Shown here: positions 1-8,912 of the stretch, in pieces
Layout of the letters: each line of letters starts with the position of its first letter
Position numbering within the stretch: the stretch's first letter is position 1
Notes under the pieces: model-generated
The model's database searches: none
Told to the model about the DNA's origin: nothing
The model's input: the letters and a program-made list of their open reading frames with translations, nothing else
Translations under genes and position numbers: made by a program
NCBI GenBank assembly: GCA_964524665.1
Contig: CAZGFE010000004.1
Coordinates: 255 to 64,254 of the forward strand
Direction: 5' to 3'
DNA: 64,000 bases
DNA from: an uncultured Gemmatimonas sp.
GTDB taxonomy: Bacteria > Gemmatimonadota > Gemmatimonadetes > Gemmatimonadales > Gemmatimonadaceae

Positions 1-2
1 TC

Positions 3-539
3 TACACGTCGGTCATTGACCGGACGCTGATCGTGCTCTGGCGCGCGATCCTCTTTGCCGCACCGGCGGGCGCGGTGATCTGGCTGCTGGGCAACATCCA
101 TCTCGGTGGCGAGAGCATTGCGGCCGTCGTTGTGCGCGGACTCGACCCCGTCGCGCTGCTGATCGGGCTCAACGGCGTGATCCTGCTCGCCTACGTGGTG
201 GCGATCCCTGCGAACGAGATCGTGATCCCCACGATCCTGATGCTGACCGTGCTCGTCGGCGGGACGCCGGAGGTCGGCGCTGGGGCTGGCGTGATGTTCG
301 AGCTCGATGCGGCGCGGATCGGCGAGATCCTGCGCGCGAACGGCTGGACCACCCTGACCGGGGTGAACCTGATGCTCTTCTCCCTGCTGCACAATCCGTG
401 CTCGACCACGATCTACACCATCTATCGCGAGACGGGGAGCGCACGCTGGACCGCGGTCGCGACGCTGCTGCCGGTGGTCCTGGGTGTGGTGACGTGCTTC
501 CTGGTCGCGCAGTTCTGGCGCCTGGCGGTAGGGTACTGA
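3..539 (+). CDS. feoB: Ferrous iron transporter FeoB, C-terminal part (5' truncated by window)
   Basis: Frame open from position 3; hydrophobic helices, gate-like '[10 protein letters not shown]' and FeoB C-terminal '[22 protein letters not shown]'; followed by a DtxR-family regulator. Confidence 0.85.
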   Translation, partial: YTSVIDRTLIVLWRAILFAAPAGAVIWLLGNIHLGGESIAAVVVRGLDPVALLIGLNGVILLAYVVAIPANEIVIPTILMLTVLVGGTPEVGAGAGVMFELDAARIGEILRANGWTTLTGVNLMLFSLLHNPCSTTIYTIYRETGSARWTAVATLLPVVLGVVTCFLVAQFWRLAVGY

Positions 540-1249
540 TGGCGCGGGCGCCGCGAAGGTCCGCGCAGGAGAAGAGCAAGAAATCCGATCCCACGCCGCC
601 GTCGCTCACGGGGCAGGCGGAGGACTACCTCAAGGCGATCTACGAGCTCGAACAGCGCAGCGGATCGGCCGGCACCAACGACATCGCCGCTCGGCTCGGC
701 ATCGCGGCCGCGAGCGTCACGGGCATGATCCAGCGGCTCTCGCGGCTCGGACTTGTGCGCGCGGAGCCGTACCGCGGCGCCCGGCTCACGCACACGGGCC
801 GCGGAGCGGCGCTCCAGCTGATCCGCCGACACCGGATCATCGAGAGCTATCTCGTGGAGCGGCTCGGCTTCGGGTGGGAGAACGTGCACGAGGAGGCCGA
901 ACGCCTCGAGCACGCCGCGAGTGACGAGCTGATCGCGCGCATGGCGGACTCCATCGGCAACCCGACGGAGGATCCCCACGGCGCACCGATCCCCAGCGCC
1001 GACGGCGAAGTGGATGAGACGCCGCTCAAGAGCATCAGTGATCTGGCCGAGGGACGAAGCGCGACCGTGGTCCGGATGTCGGACCGCGATCCGGAGTTCC
1101 TGCGTTACTTGGACGCGATGGGCGTGCGTCCCGGGGCTCGGCTGCGCGTCGAGGCGCGTGAGCCGTTTGGCGGACCGATCACGATCGAGGTAGAAGGAGA
1201 GCGCCACGCCGTGGGCGTGGCGGCCGCAGAGCGCGTCTACATCCGCTGA
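539..1249 (+). CDS. DtxR/MntR-family metal-dependent transcriptional regulator with C-terminal FeoA-like domain
   Basis: Motifs EDYLKAIY, RRHRIIESYL, EEAERLEH, DPHGAPIP, 'LRYLDAMGVRPG'; ATG at 539 overlaps the feoB stop (TGATG). Confidence 0.9.
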   Translation: MARAPRRSAQEKSKKSDPTPPSLTGQAEDYLKAIYELEQRSGSAGTNDIAARLGIAAASVTGMIQRLSRLGLVRAEPYRGARLTHTGRGAALQLIRRHRIIESYLVERLGFGWENVHEEAERLEHAASDELIARMADSIGNPTEDPHGAPIPSADGEVDETPLKSISDLAEGRSATVVRMSDRDPEFLRYLDAMGVRPGARLRVEAREPFGGPITIEVEGERHAVGVAAAERVYIR

Positions 1250-2640
1250 CGCGCCCGGGCGCGCAGCCCCTGGTGGAGGAACTCGACGCGGCCATCCGCG
1301 CCTCGGACGAGAATGATCGTCAATGGCGCGCCCTGCGCTGGCGTGACCGTGATCCGGTCGTCGCCCACGAGCCGAATGCTTCCCGCCGACGGTCCCGCGC
1401 GGAACACGAGCGAGTCGCCCTCTTCGGCGATGGTGACCTCCGAGCGACCCTGCGCATACCGGCCCACCAGCTGCGCGCGCTCCGCCGCGGTGGCGAGGCG
1501 CGGTGCGGGGAGCTCGGGCGGGGTGCGCGGCGCCTGGCCGGTGAGTTCGCGCACCACGAGGTCCACGATCCCGCGGAGCGGAGCCCCTGCGCGGTTGTCG
1601 AGCACGACGACCGCCACGCCGCGGTTCGGCAGCATTGCGACCGAGGCATCGAAGCCGGTGATGGCCCCGCCGTGCTGCCAGACCAGTTCCGGGTTTCCGT
1701 CGCTCACCTGCAGTCCGTAGCCGTAGCGCGTGGTTCCGCCGGGGATCGCCGCGCTCCCACGGGTCATCAACCGCACCGCGTCCGGCCGGAGCCGCAGATC
1801 GCCGTCCAGCATCCCCGCGTTCATGAGCGTGATGCTGAATCGCGCCATGTCCTGCGCGCTCGCCATGAGGAATCCGGCCGCCCATTGCGCGGTGTTCTCC
1901 GTGAACGGCCGCACGACGGCGCCCGCGTTCTCCGGCTGTCCCACGTGCCCCTGCGAGAAATCGCGTGTGAGCGCCTGCAGCGGGCGGAACGTCGCGTGCG
2001 GCATGCCCATCGGTCGCAGGATCATCTCGTCCGCGAGGTCGCCGAAGCGCCGGCCCGCGGCGCGCTCAGCCACATATCCTGCCATCGAATAGCCCGGATT
2101 CGAGTACGAGATCACCCGGTCCGCCTCGGTGAAGAACATCGTGTCCGCGACCTCACGCATCACCTCGCCGAGCGCGCCCTCTCCCATGCGGCCGTAGGGC
2201 ACGGCGTTGTCGATCCACCCGGCGGTGTGGGTCAGCAGTTGATGCGTGGTCACGCGGCCGACGCGGCGACCAGTAAGCTCCGGGACGTAGCGCGAGATCG
2301 GTGACTGCAGGTCGAGCTTCCCCTCGGCGGCGAGCTGCGCGATGATCGCGCCGGTGACCATCTTCGTCACCGAGCCCACGCGGAAGAGCGTCTGCGTGGT
2401 GACCGGGCGGCCGGTCTCGATGTCCGCGACGCCGTAGCCGCGCGAGAGGATCACGCGTCCGTTGAACGCGATCGCCACCTGCACGCCCGGTGTGCGCGTG
2501 CGTTCCATCTCGGCCATCACGAGCGAGTCGAGCCGCGGCGTCCAGGCGGGCGCAGTCTCCTGCGCGCGTGCCGTCGTTGCGAAGGTGCCAGTGCTGAGTA
2601 GGGCAGCGAAGGCGGCGTGTCGCAGAAGCGGGAAGTTCAT
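1237..2640 (-). CDS. Secreted serine hydrolase, beta-lactamase class C/AmpC-like family
   Basis: Signal peptide; FRVGSVTK (SxxK), LLTHTAG, YSN (YxN), HGG motifs. Confidence 0.88.
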   Translation of the reverse strand: MNFPLLRHAAFAALLSTGTFATTARAQETAPAWTPRLDSLVMAEMERTRTPGVQVAIAFNGRVILSRGYGVADIETGRPVTTQTLFRVGSVTKMVTGAIIAQLAAEGKLDLQSPISRYVPELTGRRVGRVTTHQLLTHTAGWIDNAVPYGRMGEGALGEVMREVADTMFFTEADRVISYSNPGYSMAGYVAERAAGRRFGDLADEMILRPMGMPHATFRPLQALTRDFSQGHVGQPENAGAVVRPFTENTAQWAAGFLMASAQDMARFSITLMNAGMLDGDLRLRPDAVRLMTRGSAAIPGGTTRYGYGLQVSDGNPELVWQHGGAITGFDASVAMLPNRGVAVVVLDNRAGAPLRGIVDLVVRELTGQAPRTPPELPAPRLATAAERAQLVGRYAQGRSEVTIAEEGDSLVFRAGPSAGSIRLVGDDRITVTPAQGAPLTIILVRGADGRVEFLHQGLRARARQRM

Positions 2641-4274
2641 CGCGAAGCTCGGAGCGTGGTGGAGAGCCAGTCGGCCAGGACGCCCAGTGTCTCGCGGCTC
2701 ACACGCGGATCCTTGAGCCTCGCGTAGCCGCTGGGGTGCCCGTCCGGGTCGTGGACGAAGAAGTGATTCTGGTCCGCAAAGATGCGCAATGTCACCCGCC
2801 GGTTGCCGGACTCGCGCAAGGCGGCGTCGAGCAGACGCGCCTCCTCTGGCCGCACCTGCTGATCGGTCGCGCCCTGCAGGATCAGCGTCGGCTGCTTCAC
2901 GCGCCGCGCGGTGGGGATCGGGTCGTACGCCAGAAAGAACTGCATCCAGTGGCTCTTGGCCGTGGTGGAATCGAACTCCGCTTTGGCCGCGGCGATCAGC
3001 GTTGCGACCGAATCCGCCGGGAGGTCACTCCCTCGCGCGCCGTTCGCGATCTGATAGTCGATGATCTGGCGTCCTGTGTATGCGGTGCCAGCGAGCAGCA
3101 CGATCCCGGCTATGCGCGGATCCGTCGCCGCCACCATTGGTGCGATCATTCCCCCCTCGCTGTGTCCCACGAGCGCGATCCGCGCCGGGTCGATCTCCGG
3201 GCGAGTGCGCAAGTACGCGACGGCCGCGCGGATGTCGTCCGCGAAGTCCGCCGAGGTGCCCGCTGCGTCGCCGCCGGAACCGCCGATGCCGCGATCATCC
3301 ATCCGCAGCACCGCGATCCCTCGGCGGCCGAGCGTGTCGGCCACCTCACGGAACAGCCGGTAGCCGCCGGCGAGGTTTACGAACTCGTCGCGGTCCTGGG
3401 CACCGGAGCCGGTGATCGTGACCACGGCCGGCAGCCGGCCGCGGTCGCCGCGGGGCAGCGTGAGCGTCCCGGCGAGCGTGTGCCCAGCGGGTGCGGACAC
3501 CCGCACGTCCTCCGCCAGATACGGCGCCTCCGCTGGCGCCGAATAGTCCGGCGGAGCGAGGCGGATGTTGATCGCCTCGGCGCCCTCTGCCGCGAGGATC
3601 CGCAGGCCCGCGGACGGGATCGCACCGCCCGTCACGAATCCGCGCGCATCCAGGGTCAGCAGCGTCACGCTTGGCCCGATCGTGAAGCGCACCGTATCGC
3701 CGGCGAGGCGCTCGATCTTCCCCGGCACGACCTGCGCCGCCGAGAGCGCAAAGAGGGGAACGGACATCACCGAATCCCCGGCGGCACGCATCCGGCGCAC
3801 CATCTGCTCGGCGATCACGAGATGGTTGTTCACGATCGGCATCGTGCCAGCTGGGGTGGCCACGCGGAACGTGCGCGTGCCGCCACCCCCGTGGATGACG
3901 AGGATCGTGCTGTCGGGCCGGAACTCCACGGTCCCGTGCTGGATCGGCGCCGCGTCGGCCGCCGCATTGGGCCCGAAGACCTCGAAGGTGGTCTGGCGCA
4001 CGAGTTGGTCAGCGCCGAGATCGTGCACGAGCACCACGCGCGGCGCGCCGCGCCCTGCGATCTCGGTGCGGAGCTGCTGCGCGGTGCGCTCGACCCGCTC
4101 GAAGACGAGCGTGTCGGTGCCGCGCAGGATCAGAATGGCGCTCCGCCGCACGAGGTCCTGACCTGCGGCCTCGCGCGGCGTGAGCAGGAGCAGTCCCGCC
4201 ATCAGCACCGCGAGCACGACGACGAGCGCGGCGAGGAGTCGCTCGCGTGGGAGCTTGCGAAACAGGTGCAGCAT
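2637..4274 (-). CDS. Secreted/anchored alpha/beta hydrolase with N-terminal beta-rich domain
   Basis: N-terminal hydrophobic segment; ITGSGAQDRD, DDRGIGGS, GHSEGG nucleophile elbow, QGATDQQV, NHFF. Confidence 0.85.
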   Translation of the reverse strand: MLHLFRKLPRERLLAALVVVLAVLMAGLLLLTPREAAGQDLVRRSAILILRGTDTLVFERVERTAQQLRTEIAGRGAPRVVLVHDLGADQLVRQTTFEVFGPNAAADAAPIQHGTVEFRPDSTILVIHGGGGTRTFRVATPAGTMPIVNNHLVIAEQMVRRMRAAGDSVMSVPLFALSAAQVVPGKIERLAGDTVRFTIGPSVTLLTLDARGFVTGGAIPSAGLRILAAEGAEAINIRLAPPDYSAPAEAPYLAEDVRVSAPAGHTLAGTLTLPRGDRGRLPAVVTITGSGAQDRDEFVNLAGGYRLFREVADTLGRRGIAVLRMDDRGIGGSGGDAAGTSADFADDIRAAVAYLRTRPEIDPARIALVGHSEGGMIAPMVAATDPRIAGIVLLAGTAYTGRQIIDYQIANGARGSDLPADSVATLIAAAKAEFDSTTAKSHWMQFFLAYDPIPTARRVKQPTLILQGATDQQVRPEEARLLDAALRESGNRRVTLRIFADQNHFFVHDPDGHPSGYARLKDPRVSRETLGVLADWLSTTLRASR

Positions 4275-4468
4275 CAGGTCTCCGAAGGTCCGCGCGGCGG
4301 CGTGCCAGCCCCTGAACTCCGGCTCGCACGTCCCGCGCGCTTGAGTGCGTCACGCAGGAGGAACTCGATCTGCGCGTTCAGACTACGCAGGTCGTCATTG
4401 GCCCAGCGCTGGACCGCGTCGAGCAGCTCGCGGTCCACGCGCAGCAGAAAGGGCTTCTTCTCAGCCAC
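4274..4468 (-). CDS. Small ribbon-helix-helix (Arc-like) DNA-binding protein
   Basis: KKPFLLRVDRELLDAVQRWANDDLRSLNAQIEFLL is the typical SPFH-associated RHH pattern; directly downstream of SPFH gene. Confidence 0.8.
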   Translation of the reverse strand: MAEKKPFLLRVDRELLDAVQRWANDDLRSLNAQIEFLLRDALKRAGRASRSSGAGTPPRGPSET

Positions 4469-4475
4469 CGTCCGC

Positions 4476-5345
4476 TCAGGTGTAGAGCGAGCCGGTGTTC
4501 ACCACAGGTTGCGTGGCGTGGTCCGAGCAGAGGACCACGAGCAGGTTGCTCACCATCGCCGCCTTGCGTTCCTCGTCGAGCCGCACGATGGCCTTGGCGC
4601 TGAGCATCTCGAGCGCCGTCTCCACCATCCCGACCGCGCCTTCGACGATCTTCTGGCGGGCCGCGATGATCGCGCTCGCCTGCTGCCGCTGCAGCATCGC
4701 GGCGGCGATCTCGGGCGAGTACGCCAAGTGGCTGATCCGCGCCTCGACCACCTTCACGCCCGCCTTGAGCAGCCGCGCAACGAGGGCTTCCTCGAGCGCG
4801 TGCGAGACCTCTTCGGTGTTCGCCGAGAGTGACTTCTCGCCTGCGGTATGCGAGTCGTAGGCATACTGCGTCGCCGTGGCGCGCAGCGCCGACTCACTCT
4901 GCACCGCCACGTAGCGCGCGTAGTCGTCCACTTCGAACAACGCCTCGGCGGAGTCAATCACGCGCCACACCACGATCGCGGCGATCTCGATCGGGTTGGA
5001 GTGGTTGTCATTCACCTTGAGCTTGGCGGTCTCGAAGTTCCGGACGCGCAGCGAGATGGCCTGCTTCGTGAGGAAAGGATTCGCGAACCAGAACCCGTCC
5101 TTCCGGACCGTGCCCTTGTAGGTGCCGAAGAGCACGAGCGCCTTGGCCTCGTTCGGGTGGACGATGAAGAGGCCGCTCAGCATGAAGGCGGCCACGCCAA
5201 CGCCGAGGATCGTGACGAGCCCCATCGGCTCGTTGCCGCCCTGGAAGAACTGGACGGCGACGAAGACCCCGCCCGCGATCAGCACGAGCAGGCCGAGGAG
5301 GACACCGAGGCCGCTGATCGCGGCATAAGGCTTTTCGTTGTACAT
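4476..5345 (-). CDS. SPFH (band 7/flotillin-like) membrane protein
   Basis: Two N-terminal TM helices; [57 protein letters not shown]. Confidence 0.92.
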   Translation of the reverse strand: MYNEKPYAAISGLGVLLGLLVLIAGGVFVAVQFFQGGNEPMGLVTILGVGVAAFMLSGLFIVHPNEAKALVLFGTYKGTVRKDGFWFANPFLTKQAISLRVRNFETAKLKVNDNHSNPIEIAAIVVWRVIDSAEALFEVDDYARYVAVQSESALRATATQYAYDSHTAGEKSLSANTEEVSHALEEALVARLLKAGVKVVEARISHLAYSPEIAAAMLQRQQASAIIAARQKIVEGAVGMVETALEMLSAKAIVRLDEERKAAMVSNLLVVLCSDHATQPVVNTGSLYT

Positions 5346-5375
5346 CTGGAGGAGCTCCGGTAGAGTGGTAGCAAT

Positions 5376-5404
5376 ATGATATCACTTTGATATTCTGCCG
5401 TCAA
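5376..5404 (-). promoter_or_regulatory. sigma70-type promoter of the SPFH-RHH operon with overlapping inverted-repeat operator
   Basis: Minus strand TTGACG (5404-5399), 17-bp spacer, TATCAT (5381-5376); inverted repeat ATATCA-ctt-TGATAT at 5379-5393. Confidence 0.75.
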
Positions 5405-5517
5405 GTCTGTGCCGCACATCGCAAATCGGGTGTGGCTCCACGCGTTGCGAAGTCAGGGCTAATGAAGGAATATTGGACGCCCATCTCAGAGCCTCTCCCA
5501 CCGCACGTGCTCTACTA

Positions 5518-7290
5518 ATGATTTGCGTTCACTGCAGCACTCCCGTTGGTGACGGCGCGAAGTATTGCCACTCCTGTGGCTCGATGGTCTCGGACGCCGA
5601 GGGTCAGGCGGCTGCGACCGCGGCCATGGACATGTCGGCGTTCGCGCACATGGAGAAGCTGCTCCGGGAAGAGACGGCGGGAGAGTTCGTCGTCGGCAAG
5701 CTGCTCGGGCGAGGCGGCATGGCGGTGGTCTATCTCGCCGAGGAGACGCGGCTCGGGCGCAAGGTCGCGCTCAAGGTGCTCCCGCCGGAGCTGACCTTCG
5801 GCCACGGGGTGGAGCGCTTCCTGCGCGAGGCCAAGACGGCGGCCACGCTCGACCACCCGCACATCATCCCGATCTATCGCATCGCGTCCGGCGGCAAGCT
5901 CTTCTGGTATGCGATGAAGTTCCTCGAGGGCCAGTCGCTGGACGACGTGCTCAAGGAGCGCGGCGCCTACAGTCTCGAGGAGACCCTGGTCATTCTGGAG
6001 CAGGTGGCCGACGCGCTCGACTACGCGCACGAGCGGAAGGTCATCCACCGCGACATCAAGCCGGCCAACGTGATGCTCGACCAGCGCGACCGGGTCATCA
6101 TCACGGACTTCGGCATTGCCAAGGCGCTTACCGAAGGCGCGCTCACCGCGTCGGGCTCGGTGATCGGCACGCCGTACTTCATGAGCCCCGAGCAGGGGAT
6201 GGGCAAGCCCGTCACGGGCGCGGCCGACCAGTACTCGGTGGCCGTGATGGCGTTCCGCATGCTCTCGGGCCACCTGCCATTCGACGGCGACTCGGCGATC
6301 GACATCCTGCACAAGCATTGCATGATGGAGGCGCCGCGTCTGGATGAGTCCATGCCGCATCTTCCGCAGCACGTGGTCGCGGCGGTCGAGAAGGCGATGG
6401 CGAAGAAGGCGGACGAGCGTTTTCCGAACATCAAGGCGTTCGTCTCGGCCATGAAGGATCCGTCGGTCAAGTTCGCGCGGCCGAGTGCGCGAACGGTGAT
6501 GATCGACTCCGGTGAGGTGGAGAAGGCGAACGCGGCGGGGCTCAAGGCGGCGGCGAAGAAGCACGCCGCGGCCAGCGCGGCCAAGACGGTGATGTCGGCG
6601 CCGGCAGCCAAGGGAGCCGTTGCCGCCGCGCCAGAGAAGAAGAGTCGCGCGTTGCTGTGGGTGGCGATCGCCGCGATCGTGATCGGTGGCGGTGGGTTTG
6701 GGGCGTGGCAGATGACCAAGTCTTCGGGCGAGCCGGTCGCCGCGAACACGGCTTCTGGGGCGAACACGCCCGCGACGGATCCTGGTCCAGTGACGCCGCC
6801 CGCTGGAGGGGCGACGCAGACGAATCCTGGCCCAGGCACCCCAGCCGGTTCCGCGTCGACGGAGACGCAGACGCCGCCGGTGCAGTCGCCGCCGGTGCAG
6901 ACGCCGCCAGCGAACGCGCCACCGCCGACCGCGCGTACGACGCCCACGCAGCGGACGCCGGCGCGGCAGCCGGCGAACACCCCAAGCACTCCGCCGCAAC
7001 AGGTCGCGCAGACGCCGCCCCCGCAGACGGAGCCCGCGCCAGCCTCGCCTGCACCGGTCACGGAGTCGGCCGACGCCGAGGCGACGCTGCAGCTGATCCT
7101 GCCGACGCCGGGCGTTGTCATGATCAACGGCGTCTCCAAGGGCGAGCGTTCCCGCATGCAGGAGAAGCTGCGCGCGGGCAGACACGCCATCCGGATCGAG
7201 CGTGAAGGCTTCGCACCGATCGACACGAACATCACTTTCGCCGCTGGCGAGACCAAGCGCGTGACCCTCACTCTGGTGGCCCGCCCGTGA
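5518..7290 (+). CDS. Membrane Hanks-type Ser/Thr protein kinase: N-terminal zinc ribbon, kinase, TM helix, Pro/Thr/Gln linker, C-terminal PEGA domain
   Basis: CVHC...CHSCG; GRGGMAVVY, VALK, HRDIKPAN, DFG, GTPYFMSPE; TM 'LLWVAIAAIVIGGGGFGAW'; PEGA-like 'LRAGRHAIRIEREGF'; ATG at 5518 preferred to TTG 5473. Confidence 0.92.
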   Translation: MICVHCSTPVGDGAKYCHSCGSMVSDAEGQAAATAAMDMSAFAHMEKLLREETAGEFVVGKLLGRGGMAVVYLAEETRLGRKVALKVLPPELTFGHGVERFLREAKTAATLDHPHIIPIYRIASGGKLFWYAMKFLEGQSLDDVLKERGAYSLEETLVILEQVADALDYAHERKVIHRDIKPANVMLDQRDRVIITDFGIAKALTEGALTASGSVIGTPYFMSPEQGMGKPVTGAADQYSVAVMAFRMLSGHLPFDGDSAIDILHKHCMMEAPRLDESMPHLPQHVVAAVEKAMAKKADERFPNIKAFVSAMKDPSVKFARPSARTVMIDSGEVEKANAAGLKAAAKKHAAASAAKTVMSAPAAKGAVAAAPEKKSRALLWVAIAAIVIGGGGFGAWQMTKSSGEPVAANTASGANTPATDPGPVTPPAGGATQTNPGPGTPAGSASTETQTPPVQSPPVQTPPANAPPPTARTTPTQRTPARQPANTPSTPPQQVAQTPPPQTEPAPASPAPVTESADAEATLQLILPTPGVVMINGVSKGERSRMQEKLRAGRHAIRIEREGFAPIDTNITFAAGETKRVTLTLVARP

Positions 7291-8912
7291 AGCGACTCCT
7301 CCTTGTCGGAACGACGCTCGCGCTCGCGCTGACCGCGCCCGCGCTGCAGGCGCAGGGTTCGCGCGCCGATCTCCTGCGACAGGCCACCGCGGCCTACGAT
7401 GACTTCGACATCCCGCGGGCCGCGCGACTCGCGCGCGCCGCACTCGACCCGTCGATCGGCGCCCGTGACTCGGTGTGGGCGCGCGGCGTTCACCTGCTCA
7501 CGCAGCTGCTGATCGAGGACAACCAGAACGCGCAGGCCACACTGTGGGCCCGCTGGGCCATGCGGATCGAGCCCACGCTCCAGATCGACTCGGTGCGTTT
7601 CCTCGGCGAGGTCGTCACGACGCTGCGCGATGCGCGCGCCGCAGTGGTGCGTACCACCGCCGATGACGCGACGCGCGAGACCTTCGCGTGGCCCACGGCG
7701 ACGTTCACCGGCAACGAGGCGCGGATCCGCCTCGCCCCCGGCGCGGACAACGTGAGCATTCTCGTCACGGGCGTTGGGCTGGTGTCTCCCGGCCCGGGGA
7801 TCACGCTGCAGCCGGGCACGTACGATCTGCAGGTCAACGCGACCGGCTTCCTGCCGCTCCGCATCACGCGCGAGGCGCTTCCGGGCGTCACCACGGAGTT
7901 CAGCTTCACGCTCACGTCGGCGGCCGCGGCCGCCAATACGCTCGCGGCAGATGTGGCCACGCGGGTGAATCGCAGTGTCGTTCCGCTCAACGTCACGCGC
8001 TTCGGCGGTGCCGCGCCTGCGTGCGCCGCCGGTGTGGTCGCGAGCGGCGGCCGCTTGGTGGTCACGTCGTACACGGCGATCCGCGGGGCGGATGGCGTCG
8101 CTTCAGGTCCTGGTGATGGGGTGCGCGTGGCCGCGTGGAACGTGGCCGCGAATCTGGCGGTGCTGGTGGTGCCGAACGCGGCAGCAGATACGCTGCCCAT
8201 CACGGACAATCTGGTGGCGGGGCAGGCGCTCTTCGGCATCACGCTGCAGGAGTGCCGCACGCCGACCCAGACGCGCGTGCTGCTCTCCTCGTGGGAGGGG
8301 CGGCCGGCGGGATCGCTGAATCTTTCCGCGCCGCTTCCGGGTGACGTGTCCGGCGCGCCGTTCGTGGATTTCCGCGGGAGCATCGCGGGCGTGTGGAACT
8401 CGGGGCCGACGGCTGTGCCGGCGGCGGTCGTGACCGGCCTGCTCTCGACCGCGCGCGCGAACGTCGCGGCGGGGCGGCTGCTGACGCCGCAGGCGGTGGC
8501 GACGCAGGAACGGCATCGCTACGGCACCATGGTCATCGCGGCGGACATCCCCGAGGCGGCGATCAAGGTCACGCCGCTCGAGGCGTGGCATTGGGCGGGG
8601 CTCGCGGCCGAGGCCACGGGCACGCTCACGTTGAATGCACCCGCCGGCCGCTACCGCGTCGAGGCATCGGTGCCGGGCGTGCCCACGCGCACGCTCGAGG
8701 TGACGGTGGTTCCGGGTGAGCGCGGTCGCACCGCCGTCGACTTCCGCGTGGTGGCCGGCGGCGGGGACGTGGTGGAGCCGAGAAAGGGTCTGCCGCGCTG
8801 GGTGTGGATCGTCGCGATCGGCGGCGGCGCGGCGGCGGCGTTGGCGTTGGGAGGTGGTGGAGGAGGAGGTCCGTCCGGCGGGTCCATCGGCATCGCGGTG
8901 CCCAACCCATGA
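7287..8912 (+). CDS. Exported PEGA-domain protein with helical N-terminus, degenerate trypsin-like domain and Gly-rich hydrophobic C-terminus
   Basis: Signal peptide (ALQA); PEGA-like 'LQPGTYDLQVNATGF' and 'APAGRYRVEASVPG'; trypsin-like spacing 'VVTSYTAI...NLAVL...SGAPFVDFRGSIAGV'; GTGA overlap with kinase stop. Confidence 0.7.
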   Translation: MKRLLLVGTTLALALTAPALQAQGSRADLLRQATAAYDDFDIPRAARLARAALDPSIGARDSVWARGVHLLTQLLIEDNQNAQATLWARWAMRIEPTLQIDSVRFLGEVVTTLRDARAAVVRTTADDATRETFAWPTATFTGNEARIRLAPGADNVSILVTGVGLVSPGPGITLQPGTYDLQVNATGFLPLRITREALPGVTTEFSFTLTSAAAAANTLAADVATRVNRSVVPLNVTRFGGAAPACAAGVVASGGRLVVTSYTAIRGADGVASGPGDGVRVAAWNVAANLAVLVVPNAAADTLPITDNLVAGQALFGITLQECRTPTQTRVLLSSWEGRPAGSLNLSAPLPGDVSGAPFVDFRGSIAGVWNSGPTAVPAAVVTGLLSTARANVAAGRLLTPQAVATQERHRYGTMVIAADIPEAAIKVTPLEAWHWAGLAAEATGTLTLNAPAGRYRVEASVPGVPTRTLEVTVVPGERGRTAVDFRVVAGGGDVVEPRKGLPRWVWIVAIGGGAAAALALGGGGGGGPSGGSIGIAVPNP

